Assembly (NCBI GenBank): GCA_965225945.1
Contig: CBDDBZ010000035.1
Location: 96,001 to 160,000, forward strand
Length of the DNA: 64,000 bases
DNA from: Alphaproteobacteria bacterium
GTDB lineage: Bacteria > Pseudomonadota > Alphaproteobacteria > GCA-2731375
Direction: 5' to 3'
Shown here: piece after piece, positions 30,827 to 40,009 of the stretch
How positions within the stretch are numbered: the stretch's first letter is position 1
Layout of the letters: each line of letters begins with the position of its first letter
The notes under the pieces: generated by a model
Told to the model about the DNA's origin: nothing
Database searches by the model: none
Seen by the model: only the letters and a program-made list of their open reading frames with translations
Translations under genes and position numbers: made by a program

Positions 30827-31969
30827 TCAGTCGATCAGGCCGTAGAACTTGCCGGCATTCTCGCAGGTGATCTTCCGCACGACGTCGGCTGGGAGATGCG
30901 CGAACTGCTCCTCGATGTATTTCGAGCTCTCCGGCCAGACGCCGTCGCCGTGGGGATAGTCGGAGCCCCACATCACGGTCTCGACGCCGATGTCGTCGAC
31001 CAGCTTGGCGCCGATGACGTCGTACTGGAAGGTCGCCTTGCACTGGCGGCGCCAATACTCGCTCGGCTTCATCTTCAGACCGAGGTCCTGGAAGCGGTCC
31101 TCCCATTCGAAGTCCATCCGGTCGAGGGCATAGGCGAGCCAGCCGATGCCGCTCTCGCCCAGCGCGATGCGCAGATTCGGATAACGCTCCAGGACGGCGC
31201 CGCCGATGATCGCCGCGATGATGTTGATCAGGTTCATCTGAAACCCGGAGACCACGGTGAAGAAGGCCGCCCGGCGCGCCTTGCCGGTGAGGTTGACCAA
31301 CTGCGCCGGCGGCACCGCCGGGAAGGTGTGGAAGTGGAGCGGCAGGCCCACGTCGTCGACCGCCTTCCAAAGCGGCTCCCAGGACTCGTGATACATCGGC
31401 TCCATGTCCCACGAGCAGGAGAGCTCCAGGCCCTTGATGCCGAGATTGGTGCAGCGATAGACTTCGCTCGCCGCCGCCTCGACGTCGCCGTAGGGCAGAC
31501 TTCCGAGACCGATTTGGCGGTCCGGATAATGCTTGCAGAAGTCGGCCAGCCAGTCGTTGTAGATCCGGAACATCTCACTCGCCGCCTCGTGGTCGGCGAG
31601 GCGGGTGGCGGCGCCGAGGATACCGTACATCACCTCGGCGTCGACGCCGTCGAGTTCCATGTCCTTGATCCGCATATGCGGGTCGGAGATCCGGCGGATG
31701 TCCCGCTTGCCGTCCTCATAGAGGTTCGTCGCCGCCATCAGGTCGGCCCGGGCATGCTTGCCGGGCTCGTACTTCTGGCCGGCCGGCCCGACGCCGTTCT
31801 TCAGCCCGAAGGACATGCCGTTGCGCGCCGTCCAGTAGGGCCCGTCCGGCCCGTCGGTGACGTAGGGCATGCGCTCCTTCATCGCCGGCGTCGCCTCGGT
31901 GACGAACAGGTCGGGTGGCATCCATGGCAGGTCGATGTGGCAGTCGGCCGAAATCCGGTTGTATTGCAT
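30827..31969 (-). CDS. Amidohydrolase family protein
   Basis: [38 protein letters not shown]. Confidence 0.9.
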   Translation of the reverse strand: MQYNRISADCHIDLPWMPPDLFVTEATPAMKERMPYVTDGPDGPYWTARNGMSFGLKNGVGPAGQKYEPGKHARADLMAATNLYEDGKRDIRRISDPHMRIKDMELDGVDAEVMYGILGAATRLADHEAASEMFRIYNDWLADFCKHYPDRQIGLGSLPYGDVEAAASEVYRCTNLGIKGLELSCSWDMEPMYHESWEPLWKAVDDVGLPLHFHTFPAVPPAQLVNLTGKARRAAFFTVVSGFQMNLINIIAAIIGGAVLERYPNLRIALGESGIGWLAYALDRMDFEWEDRFQDLGLKMKPSEYWRRQCKATFQYDVIGAKLVDDIGVETVMWGSDYPHGDGVWPESSKYIEEQFAHLPADVVRKITCENAGKFYGLID

Positions 31970-32270
31970 GGCAGTCCTCCCTACGTCACCGCGCCCGGGC
32001 GGGCCAACTCCCCCGGACGGTGGGACTATATAGCATGATCCCGCCCTGCGGAATTATGTGCTCGACATCGTGTAGGGGCCGCATTCGCCCGCCGTCGTCG
32101 AGCCCGGGGCGGAATTTCGCCAGGGGCGCGATTCGATGCTTGCAACCGTTCCGGGGCGGCGTATTGATTGCGTTCCGGACGTGGCCGCGCCCGGCGCCAG
32201 GGCGCCGGCCCGGGATGTCGGCCCAGGGCGCCGGCCCAGGGCGCCGGCGACGAGACGAGGCGGAATACCG

Positions 32271-33524
32271 ATGGATGGCGCCTTCCGCAATCTCGCGCCG
32301 CTCTTCGCCTCGGTCGGCATCCTGCTCGCGGGCAACGGCCTGCAGGGCACCTTGATCGCCGTCAGGGCCAATCTCGAGGGCTATTCGACCACCTTGATCG
32401 GCCTCATGGGGACGGCCTATTTCCTGGGCTTTATTTTCGGCTGTCTTTCGGCCGGGCACCTGGTCCGACGGGTCGGCCATATCCGGGTCTTCGCCGCCTT
32501 CGCGGCGACGGCGGCGGCCACGACGTTGGCGATGGTGGTCATCGTCGACCCCTGGTCCTGGATGGCGATCCGCCTGGTGCAGGGCGCCTGCTTCGCGGTC
32601 CTGGTGACGGTGGTCGAAAGCTGGCTCTCCGAGAGCAGCCGCAACGCCGACCGGGCCCGGGTGCTGGCGACCTACAACATGGTCGACTTGGTCTCGGTAC
32701 TGGGCGCCCAGTTCATCCTGCCGCTGGCGGGACCGGAAGGCTTCCTCGCCTTTTCGTTGATCGCCATGGCCTATTCGCTGGCCGTGGTGCCGGTCTCGCT
32801 CGCCCGGGTGGCGAGCCCGAACCTGCCGGCGACGGGCCGGGTCAGGCTCGCCAAGGCCTGGGCGGTCTCGCCGATGGCGGTCTTCGGCTGCGTCACCATC
32901 GGCATGACCAGCGGCGCCTTCCGCGCCATGGGGCCGGTCTACGCCCAGGAGATCGGCTTCGACGTCAGCCAAGTGGCGCTCTTCATCGGCGCCGGGATCC
33001 TGGGCGGAGCGGTGGCGCAGTATCCGCTGGGCGCTTTCTCCGACCGCTTCGATCGACGCTGGGTGCTGACGCTGGTCACCGCCGGGGCGATGCTCTCCGG
33101 CCTCTTCCTGGGCGCGCTCGACCTCGATGCCGGCGCCTGGATGGTCTATGGCGGCGCCTTCGTTTTCGGCGCCTTCGCCATGCCGCTCTATTCGCTCTCG
33201 GTGGCGCACGCCAACGACTTCAACACCGATGGCGACTACGTCGGACTGTCGGCGGCGCTGATCCTGTCCTATTCGCTCGGCGCGGCGGCCGGCCCCTTCA
33301 TCGTCTCGGTGGCGCTCGACCTGTTCGGCCCGCGCTCCTTCTTCCTCTACACCAGCATCTGTCACGGTGCCCTGGTGCTGTTCGGCCTCTACCGGATGAC
33401 CCAGCGCGATACCGTGGCGGCGGAACGGACCACCCGCTTCGTCGCCCTGCTCAGGACCTCGCCGACCCTCTCCCGCCTGGTCCGGCGCCAAGCCATGCGC
33501 CGAGGCGCGCCGAAGATCGAATAG
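32271..33524 (+). CDS. MFS transporter (YcaD-like)
   Basis: LLAGNGLQGTL, RRVGHIRVFA, VVESWL, SDRFDRR, PLYSLSVAHAND. Confidence 0.9.
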   Translation: MDGAFRNLAPLFASVGILLAGNGLQGTLIAVRANLEGYSTTLIGLMGTAYFLGFIFGCLSAGHLVRRVGHIRVFAAFAATAAATTLAMVVIVDPWSWMAIRLVQGACFAVLVTVVESWLSESSRNADRARVLATYNMVDLVSVLGAQFILPLAGPEGFLAFSLIAMAYSLAVVPVSLARVASPNLPATGRVRLAKAWAVSPMAVFGCVTIGMTSGAFRAMGPVYAQEIGFDVSQVALFIGAGILGGAVAQYPLGAFSDRFDRRWVLTLVTAGAMLSGLFLGALDLDAGAWMVYGGAFVFGAFAMPLYSLSVAHANDFNTDGDYVGLSAALILSYSLGAAAGPFIVSVALDLFGPRSFFLYTSICHGALVLFGLYRMTQRDTVAAERTTRFVALLRTSPTLSRLVRRQAMRRGAPKIE

Positions 33525-33923
33525 CGTCGCGAGGCGGGTCGACGGCCGCCCGCGACGATTCGTTGAAACAAACGAAACTGTAATATCGCGGCTGGAGCTC
33601 GGCCAAATTCTTCGACGACACAGTATTCGCCAAGAAAGGCGCAAACAGCTTAGTGGATTGAGAGATAACGGAAAGTTCCCCCTCGTCATCAACAGTTATT
33701 TCGAATTGTTTCCGTAACCTAGCCCGAATACTCGAGTGAGGCTAAAATGATTCGATTCTGCGCGTCGATCTTCGACGGCGGTCCAAAGGAATGTGGCAAA
33801 GGTACTGTAAATGTCGTCTTGCAATCGCCTGACCATTCGTGCTCAAAACGGGCTCCCTCTCGGACCGGGGGGGACGGTGGGAATGCGTAGCGTGCCGGCG
33901 GCGACAGAATAGGGCGGGTCCCA

Positions 33924-35240
33924 GTGAAGAATGACACCAGCGCCAGCGGCGAGGCGGCGGCTTTCGAGGACGCCGGCACCGTTCGCGAGCATTCGGCGGC
34001 CGCCGGCCTGCCGGACACGCCGACGGTCTTCGCGCGGTTCTCGGCTTACAAGCAGCTCATGCGGCGGTTCCGCGAGGTCGAGGAGAAGCAGATCTCGCTG
34101 CCCTACTTCCTCCCCCGCGACAGCATCAACGACAGCGTCGTCAAGTGGGCGGACGGCCAGTACATTAACTGGTCCGGCTACAACTATCTGGGTCTCTCCG
34201 GGCATCCCGAGGTCTCCCGAGCGGCCAAGGACGCGATCGACCAATACGGCACCTCCGCCTCGGCCAGCCGCATCGTCTCCGGCCAGCTCGCGCTGCACGA
34301 GGAGCTGGAGCGCGAGATCGCCGATTTCCTCGGCGTCGAGGACTGCATCATTTTCGTCAGCGGCTACGGCACCAACGTCACCACGATCGGCCATCTCTTC
34401 GGGCGCAACGATCTGGTGATGCACGACACGCTGGCTCACAACAGCATCATCGCCGGCTGCGTGCAGTCGGAGGCGCGCCGCCTCAGCTTCCATCACAACG
34501 ACTGGGACCAGATGGATGCCGTGTTGCAGGCGCAGCGCACGAAGCATCGCAACGTCCTCGTCACGGTCGAGGCTGTCTACTCCATGGAGGGCGACATCGC
34601 GGACGTTCGCCGCGCCATCGAGATCAAGCGCAAGCACGACGCCCTGCTGATGGTCGACGAGGCCCACTCGCTCGGCATCCTCGGCGCCAACGGCGGTGGC
34701 ATCTGCGAGCATTTCGGCATCGACCCCCGGGATATCGACATCCATATGGGGACCTTGTCCAAGACCTTCGCGAGCTGCGGCGGCTTCATCGCCGGCGAGC
34801 GGGCGCTGGTCCAGTTGCTGCGCTATACCGCGCCCGGCTTCATCTTCTCGGTCGGGCTTTCGCCACCGGACACGGCGGCGGCGCTCGCGGCCCTTCGGGT
34901 CCTCCGCCGCGAGGGCAACCGGGTCGGCGAGCTGCGCCAGCGCGCCCGCTTCTTCCGCGACTGCGCGCGGGAATACGGCCTGAACATGGGCTCCGACGAC
35001 GACACGCCGATCGTGCCGCTGGTCGTCGGCGACCCGCATCGCTGCATGCGTTTGAGCCAACGGCTGTTCGAACTCGGCATCCACGTCCAGCCGATCGTCT
35101 ATCCGGCGGTCAAGGCGGACGCGGCCAGGCTTCGCTTCTTCATCACGATCAACCACACCGAGGAGCAGACCCGCCACACCATGGCGACGGTCGCCCGAGA
35201 GTTGGCGAAGCTCCACTCGGAGGGCGACGCCGCCAACTGA
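33924..35240 (+). CDS. PLP-dependent alpha-oxoamine synthase (SPT/BioF/WcbT-RkpG-like)
   Basis: YNYLGL, GTSASASRIVSG, AHNSI, FHHND, VYSMEGD, VDEAHSLG, GTLSKTFASCGG (PLP Lys), ARLRFF. Confidence 0.9.
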   Translation: MKNDTSASGEAAAFEDAGTVREHSAAAGLPDTPTVFARFSAYKQLMRRFREVEEKQISLPYFLPRDSINDSVVKWADGQYINWSGYNYLGLSGHPEVSRAAKDAIDQYGTSASASRIVSGQLALHEELEREIADFLGVEDCIIFVSGYGTNVTTIGHLFGRNDLVMHDTLAHNSIIAGCVQSEARRLSFHHNDWDQMDAVLQAQRTKHRNVLVTVEAVYSMEGDIADVRRAIEIKRKHDALLMVDEAHSLGILGANGGGICEHFGIDPRDIDIHMGTLSKTFASCGGFIAGERALVQLLRYTAPGFIFSVGLSPPDTAAALAALRVLRREGNRVGELRQRARFFRDCAREYGLNMGSDDDTPIVPLVVGDPHRCMRLSQRLFELGIHVQPIVYPAVKADAARLRFFITINHTEEQTRHTMATVARELAKLHSEGDAAN

Positions 35241-36046
35241 TGCGGCCCGGCCATGCCATCGTCAGCGGCGGCTCCAGCGGAATCGGCCTGGCACTCTCGC
35301 GCCGCCTCTCCGCCGCCGGCTGGTCTCTCACCATCATCGCCCGCGATCTCGCGCGGCTGGAGGCGGCGCGCGAGGAATTGACGCGTACCGGTGGCGGCGA
35401 GGTCCATTTGGAAAGCGCCGACGTCGCCGACTCCTCGGCGATCGAGGCCGCCGTCGGCCGGGCGATCCAGCGCTTGGGACCGCCCGGCCTCGTGGTCGCC
35501 AGCGCCGGCACGGCGCAACCCGGCTATTTCGAGGAGTTGCCGCTCGAGGTCTTCGAGCGCGCCATGGCGGTCAACTATTTCGGCGCGCTGCATCTCGTCC
35601 GTGCCGCCCTGCCGGCGCTGCGGGCAGCGCGGTCGGGGCGGATCGTGCTGATCGGCTCCGGCGCGGGGCTCGTCGGCCTGTTCGGCTACGCCGCCTATTC
35701 GCCGAGCAAGTTCGCGCTCCGGGGCTTCGCCGAAGCGCTCCGGGCGGAACTCCGGCCGGCGGGCGTCGGGGTCTCGATCGTCTATCCGCCCGACACCGAC
35801 ACGCCGCAACTCGCGGCCGAGAACGAAACCAAGCCGGCCGAGACCCGGGCCATCACCAAGGCCGGCGGCGTCATGAGCCCCGAGGCGGTCGCGGGCGCGA
35901 TTCTGAAGGGGATCGAACGCGGCCGCTTCTGCATTACCCCCGGCTGGGAGATGACCCTGCTGGCGCCGCTCGCCGGCCCGCTGGCACCGCTGCTGCGGAG
36001 ATATTTCGACCATCTGGCGCGCCGCGCCGCCCGCAAGAGAAGGTAG
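35240..36046 (+). CDS. KDSR-like short-chain dehydrogenase/reductase
   Basis: SGGSSGIG, catalytic YSPSK, and YPPDTDTP...ENETKPAET typical of 3-ketodihydrosphingosine reductase-like SDRs. TGATG overlap with the upstream gene. Confidence 0.85.
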   Translation: [268 protein letters not shown]

Positions 36047-36054
36047 CGATCGAC

Positions 36055-36867
36055 ATGACCGACAAACTCGCCGACTTCGGTGGCGGCATACCCGCGAACT
36101 ACGACCATGGCCTCGGGCCGCACATCTTCGTCGACTATGCCGCCGATCCCGCGGCCCGCGTCGCCGGGGGTGCGCCGGTGGACGTGCTCGAGCTGGCGGC
36201 GGGCACGGGCATCGTCAGCCGGGCGCTCCGCGACGCACTAGCGCCGACGGCGCGGCTGCTGGCGAGCGACCTGTCGGAGGGCATGCTGGCGGTGGCGCGC
36301 GGCAAGTTCGGCGCGGGTGAGCGGGTCGAGTTCCGGACTGCCGACGCGACGGCGCTGCCGTTCGAGGGCGATAGCTTCGACGCCGTCGCCTGTCAATTCG
36401 GCGTGATGTTCTTTCCCGACCAGGACGAGGGGTATCGCGAGGCATGGCGGGTGTTGCGCTGCGGCGGCCACTATCATTTCAACGTCTCGGATTCCATCGA
36501 CCACAATCCCTTCGCCCGGGTGACCGGCGAGGTCGCGACCGGGTTTTTTCCCGAGGATCCGCCCCGGTTTTACGATGTACCGTTCGGCTATTACCGGATC
36601 GAGCCGGTCAAGGAGGCCCTGTTGGCGGCCGGCTTCGCCGATATCGAGGCCGCCGTGGTGACGATCGACAAGGAGATCCCGGAGGCGGCGGTGTTTGCCC
36701 GGGGCTTAGTCCATGGCAATCCGTTGATCGAGGAGATCAAGTCGCGCGGCGGCGTCGAGCCCGAGGCGGTGGTGGAGGCACTCACGCGCGCCCTCCAGGA
36801 CGCCTTCGGCGCCGATCCCGGCCGCATGCCCCTCCAGGCGATCGTCTTTTCCGCTCGCAAGCCCTGA
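36055..36867 (+). CDS. Class I SAM-dependent methyltransferase
   Basis: VLELAAGTG, ADATALPF, FDAVACQFGVMFFPD. Confidence 0.9.
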   Translation: MTDKLADFGGGIPANYDHGLGPHIFVDYAADPAARVAGGAPVDVLELAAGTGIVSRALRDALAPTARLLASDLSEGMLAVARGKFGAGERVEFRTADATALPFEGDSFDAVACQFGVMFFPDQDEGYREAWRVLRCGGHYHFNVSDSIDHNPFARVTGEVATGFFPEDPPRFYDVPFGYYRIEPVKEALLAAGFADIEAAVVTIDKEIPEAAVFARGLVHGNPLIEEIKSRGGVEPEAVVEALTRALQDAFGADPGRMPLQAIVFSARKP

Positions 36868-36878
36868 CCGCGTCACCC

Positions 36879-37925
36879 CTAACGCCGTTCGCGCCGGGGC
36901 AAGAGACGCGCCAGCGCCGCCGCCGGCAGGAAGCTCAGGCCGTTGCAGAAGATCACCAGCATCACCGCATGGATCACGCCCCCGGCACCGTAGTGGAGCA
37001 GCAGCTCGAGCAGGTCCGGCATGTTGGCGAGCACCGCCTCGCGCCAGGCGGGGGAACAGCTCGTGGCGAGGAGAAGCGGCAGGACGACGAGCGAGGTCAG
37101 GGCGAGCAGCCAGTTGAGCCCGCCCATCCGCTCCCGGCCTCGGCGAAATTCGAAATAATTGTAGATGCCGTAGAGCACCAGCGTCGGCCAGATCAGCAGG
37201 TCGAGCTGACGGTCGATCAGCATCTCCCGCGCGAGGCCCCGGCTGGGACAGAGCTCCCCCAGCAGGCGCGAAGGGTTGATCGCCAGGGTCTCCACGAGCG
37301 CGACCCACGCCTCGAAGCTGTCGGGGCGCTGGTGGGCGAGCCAGAGCAAGCCTGCGGTATAGCCCGCCACCAGCACCAGATAGCCGAGCGCCAGCCAGTC
37401 GGAGACGAAGAGCACCACCTCTTCCTCGTCGTCATCCTCGGGCGCATCCGCCTGCCGGTCGCCGGCGATCGCGGCGCGGGCCGCCAGCTCGCGGGCGATC
37501 TCCGCCACGTTCCCGGCGTTGGTGCCGCCGTCGAACAGTTGCAGGCGCTTCGGCCGGCTTCGCACCCGGACCTCGCTGCGCCCGGCGGCGGTCGGCGCGA
37601 CGCGGATCGAGACGACCTCGCCAAAGCTCTGCTCGCCGGCCGCCGTGCGGGCGACCAGCTCGGGCACCGGTCCCTCGTTCGCCTCGATCTCGGGACGCCC
37701 CGGCAACGTGGCGAGGGCGGCCCAGCCATGATCGACCGTCTCCTCCGCTCGCGGCGAGAGTGTCAGCGTCTTCTGGAATTGGCAGAAGCCGGGTGCGAGC
37801 TCGACGCCCAGGCGCTCGGCGTGGCGCCTCGCCACCCGACGGCTGGCGAGGCGAAGCACGACCAACGCCACGACCGCCACCGCGATGGCGAGGGATGTCC
37901 AAAGCGCGACGTCGATGAGCGTCAT
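36879..37925 (-). CDS. Hypothetical membrane protein
   Basis: N-terminal TM, soluble domain (SFGEVVSIRV...SEVRVRSRP...DGGTNAGNV), acidic linker, multi-TM C-terminus. Confidence 0.7.
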   Translation of the reverse strand: MTLIDVALWTSLAIAVAVVALVVLRLASRRVARRHAERLGVELAPGFCQFQKTLTLSPRAEETVDHGWAALATLPGRPEIEANEGPVPELVARTAAGEQSFGEVVSIRVAPTAAGRSEVRVRSRPKRLQLFDGGTNAGNVAEIARELAARAAIAGDRQADAPEDDDEEEVVLFVSDWLALGYLVLVAGYTAGLLWLAHQRPDSFEAWVALVETLAINPSRLLGELCPSRGLAREMLIDRQLDLLIWPTLVLYGIYNYFEFRRGRERMGGLNWLLALTSLVVLPLLLATSCSPAWREAVLANMPDLLELLLHYGAGGVIHAVMLVIFCNGLSFLPAAALARLLPRRERR

Positions 37926-37954
37926 CACCAATCAGACTGAGTTTCGCCGCGCCG

Positions 37955-39031
37955 TCAGTCCTTGTCCCCGCGTTGGCGATCGAGTTGCAGGCGGGCCATG
38001 AACGGCAGGAAGGGGTGGACGCCGAGCGCGTGCATCCTCGCCTCGTCCAAGGACATCAGCGCCGCCCGTTCCGCCTCGCTCAAGGCGTGCCCGCGGGCGA
38101 AGGCTTGCGTGTCGGCGAGATAGCGGGCCCGCGCCTCGGCGTCGTTGGCGAGCGTGTGCAGGGCCGCGCTCAAGGCCACCCGGTCGGCCCGGATCTCGGG
38201 ATAGTGCGGCGGGGCTGCGCTCATCCCCGGCGGCGTCCACCAGGCGAGGGTCGCATAATCGTGGTGCCAGGACGGGTCGAGCGAAGCCATGTCCGGCTTG
38301 CGCTCCCCCAGCATGCCGGCGGCGACGGCCCAGCAGCGAAGCTCGATGTTGCCGGTCCGGTCCAAGCTCGCCTCGTCGAGCGAGAGCAGCCAGCGGAGAT
38401 TGCCGGCCTCGAGCTCGGCCATCAATTTTCGGTCGAAGGCGAGATCGGGGTGGGCATAGCGCTCGGTGCCGGGAAAGTGGGAGAGCCCACCGCTCGCCAC
38501 CACCACCGCGCGGAGCCCGAGCACCGCGAGCCCCCGCGCCAGCGCCCGGCCGAAGCCATGGCAGCGCTCGATCGACGGCTGCGGCGGGATATAGGCGTTG
38601 ACATAGACCGGGAGGATCGGGCCGACGACGCCGAGAAAATCCAGCGGGATGCCGAAGGCGTAATCGAGCGCGGCGTTGGAGGAGAACGCCGGATCGAAGC
38701 CTTCGGCCTGCAGATGGCGGATCAGGGCGCTGGAGGCCTCGTGCGCGACCTCGTGGCGAAACTCCCGGCCGGCGAAGCCGCCCACCGCCTCCGGGCCCCG
38801 ATGCAGCATGAAGGGCGGCACGCAGTGCAGCAGGAACTGGTTGGCGTGATCGTTGGCGATGACGACGTGGAGGTCCGGTTGCAGAGCCTGGAGCCGGCGT
38901 CCGTTGTCGGCGGCCAGCGCGCGGACGCGTTCGACCGTCGCCTTGTCCTCGGTTTCCGGCAAGGTGAAAAACTGCGGCGCGTGCGCCATGAAGACGCCGC
39001 CCAATATCGTCGTGGTCGTGGCCGTCGTCAT
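37955..39031 (-). CDS. Class III extradiol ring-cleavage dioxygenase, LigB domain fused to a C-terminal LigA-like domain
   Basis: MAHAP, NDH, ASGGLSH.PG, GNIELRCW; C-terminal ARYLAD...LSEAERAAL...LGVHPFL. Confidence 0.82.
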   Translation of the reverse strand: MTTATTTTILGGVFMAHAPQFFTLPETEDKATVERVRALAADNGRRLQALQPDLHVVIANDHANQFLLHCVPPFMLHRGPEAVGGFAGREFRHEVAHEASSALIRHLQAEGFDPAFSSNAALDYAFGIPLDFLGVVGPILPVYVNAYIPPQPSIERCHGFGRALARGLAVLGLRAVVVASGGLSHFPGTERYAHPDLAFDRKLMAELEAGNLRWLLSLDEASLDRTGNIELRCWAVAAGMLGERKPDMASLDPSWHHDYATLAWWTPPGMSAAPPHYPEIRADRVALSAALHTLANDAEARARYLADTQAFARGHALSEAERAALMSLDEARMHALGVHPFLPFMARLQLDRQRGDKD

Positions 39032-39136
39032 GTCTGGGCCTCGCCGCCTTCCCCGTCCATGCCACATCTTAAAGCGCCCGGGGGCCGCGTGATAGGATGG
39101 CCGCCGTCGTGGGGCGCCGGGGTCGGACGTGGCGAG

Positions 39137-40009
39137 ATGAACGAGGTTGTCGGTCTTTTCGTTCTGTCGCTGCTGGCGCTCGGCGCCGTCGTGGTGCTGG
39201 TCCTGCCGCGCGTGGCGCCGACGCGGATGGAGGCCGGTCCCCTCTGGCGGCTCTATGGCGCGCAACTCGTCATCGTCGGCTTTATCCTGGGCCCGGCCTA
39301 TCTCGGTGGCTGGGCGCACCTCGCCGCCCTCGTCGTGCTCGTCGTCCGCGCGCAGTGGGAGTTCCTGCGCCTCACCAAGCCGGGAGGCACCTGGAGCCAT
39401 GCCACCCTGGCGCTCGGCGTCGTCGGCTTGCTGGCGGCGGGTTGGCTGGATTCGACTAGTGGCTGGTCGGCCTTTCTGCTGGCGCCGCTCGCCGGGCTCG
39501 CCCTGATCCCCCGCTCGGCGACGCGACCCTTCGCGCTCGAGGCGGCGAGCCTGGTGATCCCCGCCACCCTGGTCGCGAGCCTGGCGCTCCTGGGCCAATT
39601 CGAGAACGGCTTCGCCTGGATCGCCTTCGTCTACGTGGTGGTGGAGGTGAACGACACCGCCGCCTACCTTCTAGGCAAGGCCTTCGGCCGGCGGCGGATC
39701 CTGCCGCGCCTCAGTCCCTCCAAGACCGGAGCGGGGCTCGCCGGCGGCATTGCCTCGGCGCTCCTCGCCGGCCTCGCCGTCGCTGTCTTGGCCCTGGACC
39801 TTCCGTGGGCAATCGCGCTCGGCGCCGTGCTCGCGGCGCTCTTGGGCGGCATCGCCGGCGATCTCGCCACGTCCTGGATCAAGCGGCGGTGGGAGGCGAA
39901 GGATTTCCCCGCGCTGCACCCGGCGCTCGGCGGCGCGCTGGACATCTACGATTCACTGCTCTTCGCGGCGCCGCCGGTCTGTCTTTACCACCGCCTCGTC
40001 GTCGCCTGA
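39137..40009 (+). CDS. Phosphatidate cytidylyltransferase (CdsA/YnbB-like)
   Basis: NDTAAYLLGKAFGR, PRLSPSKT, GDLATSWIKR...KDF....P..GGALDIYDSL (CTP_transf_1 signature). Confidence 0.85.
   Translation: MNEVVGLFVLSLLALGAVVVLVLPRVAPTRMEAGPLWRLYGAQLVIVGFILGPAYLGGWAHLAALVVLVVRAQWEFLRLTKPGGTWSHATLALGVVGLLAAGWLDSTSGWSAFLLAPLAGLALIPRSATRPFALEAASLVIPATLVASLALLGQFENGFAWIAFVYVVVEVNDTAAYLLGKAFGRRRILPRLSPSKTGAGLAGGIASALLAGLAVAVLALDLPWAIALGAVLAALLGGIAGDLATSWIKRRWEAKDFPALHPALGGALDIYDSLLFAAPPVCLYHRLVVA

Noticed and set aside
33630-33720. c-di-GMP-I riboswitch upstream of the SPT-like gene
   Set aside because: GCAAAC and GGAAAG fragments are present, but I could not build the required stems; a cmscan against Rfam would decide.
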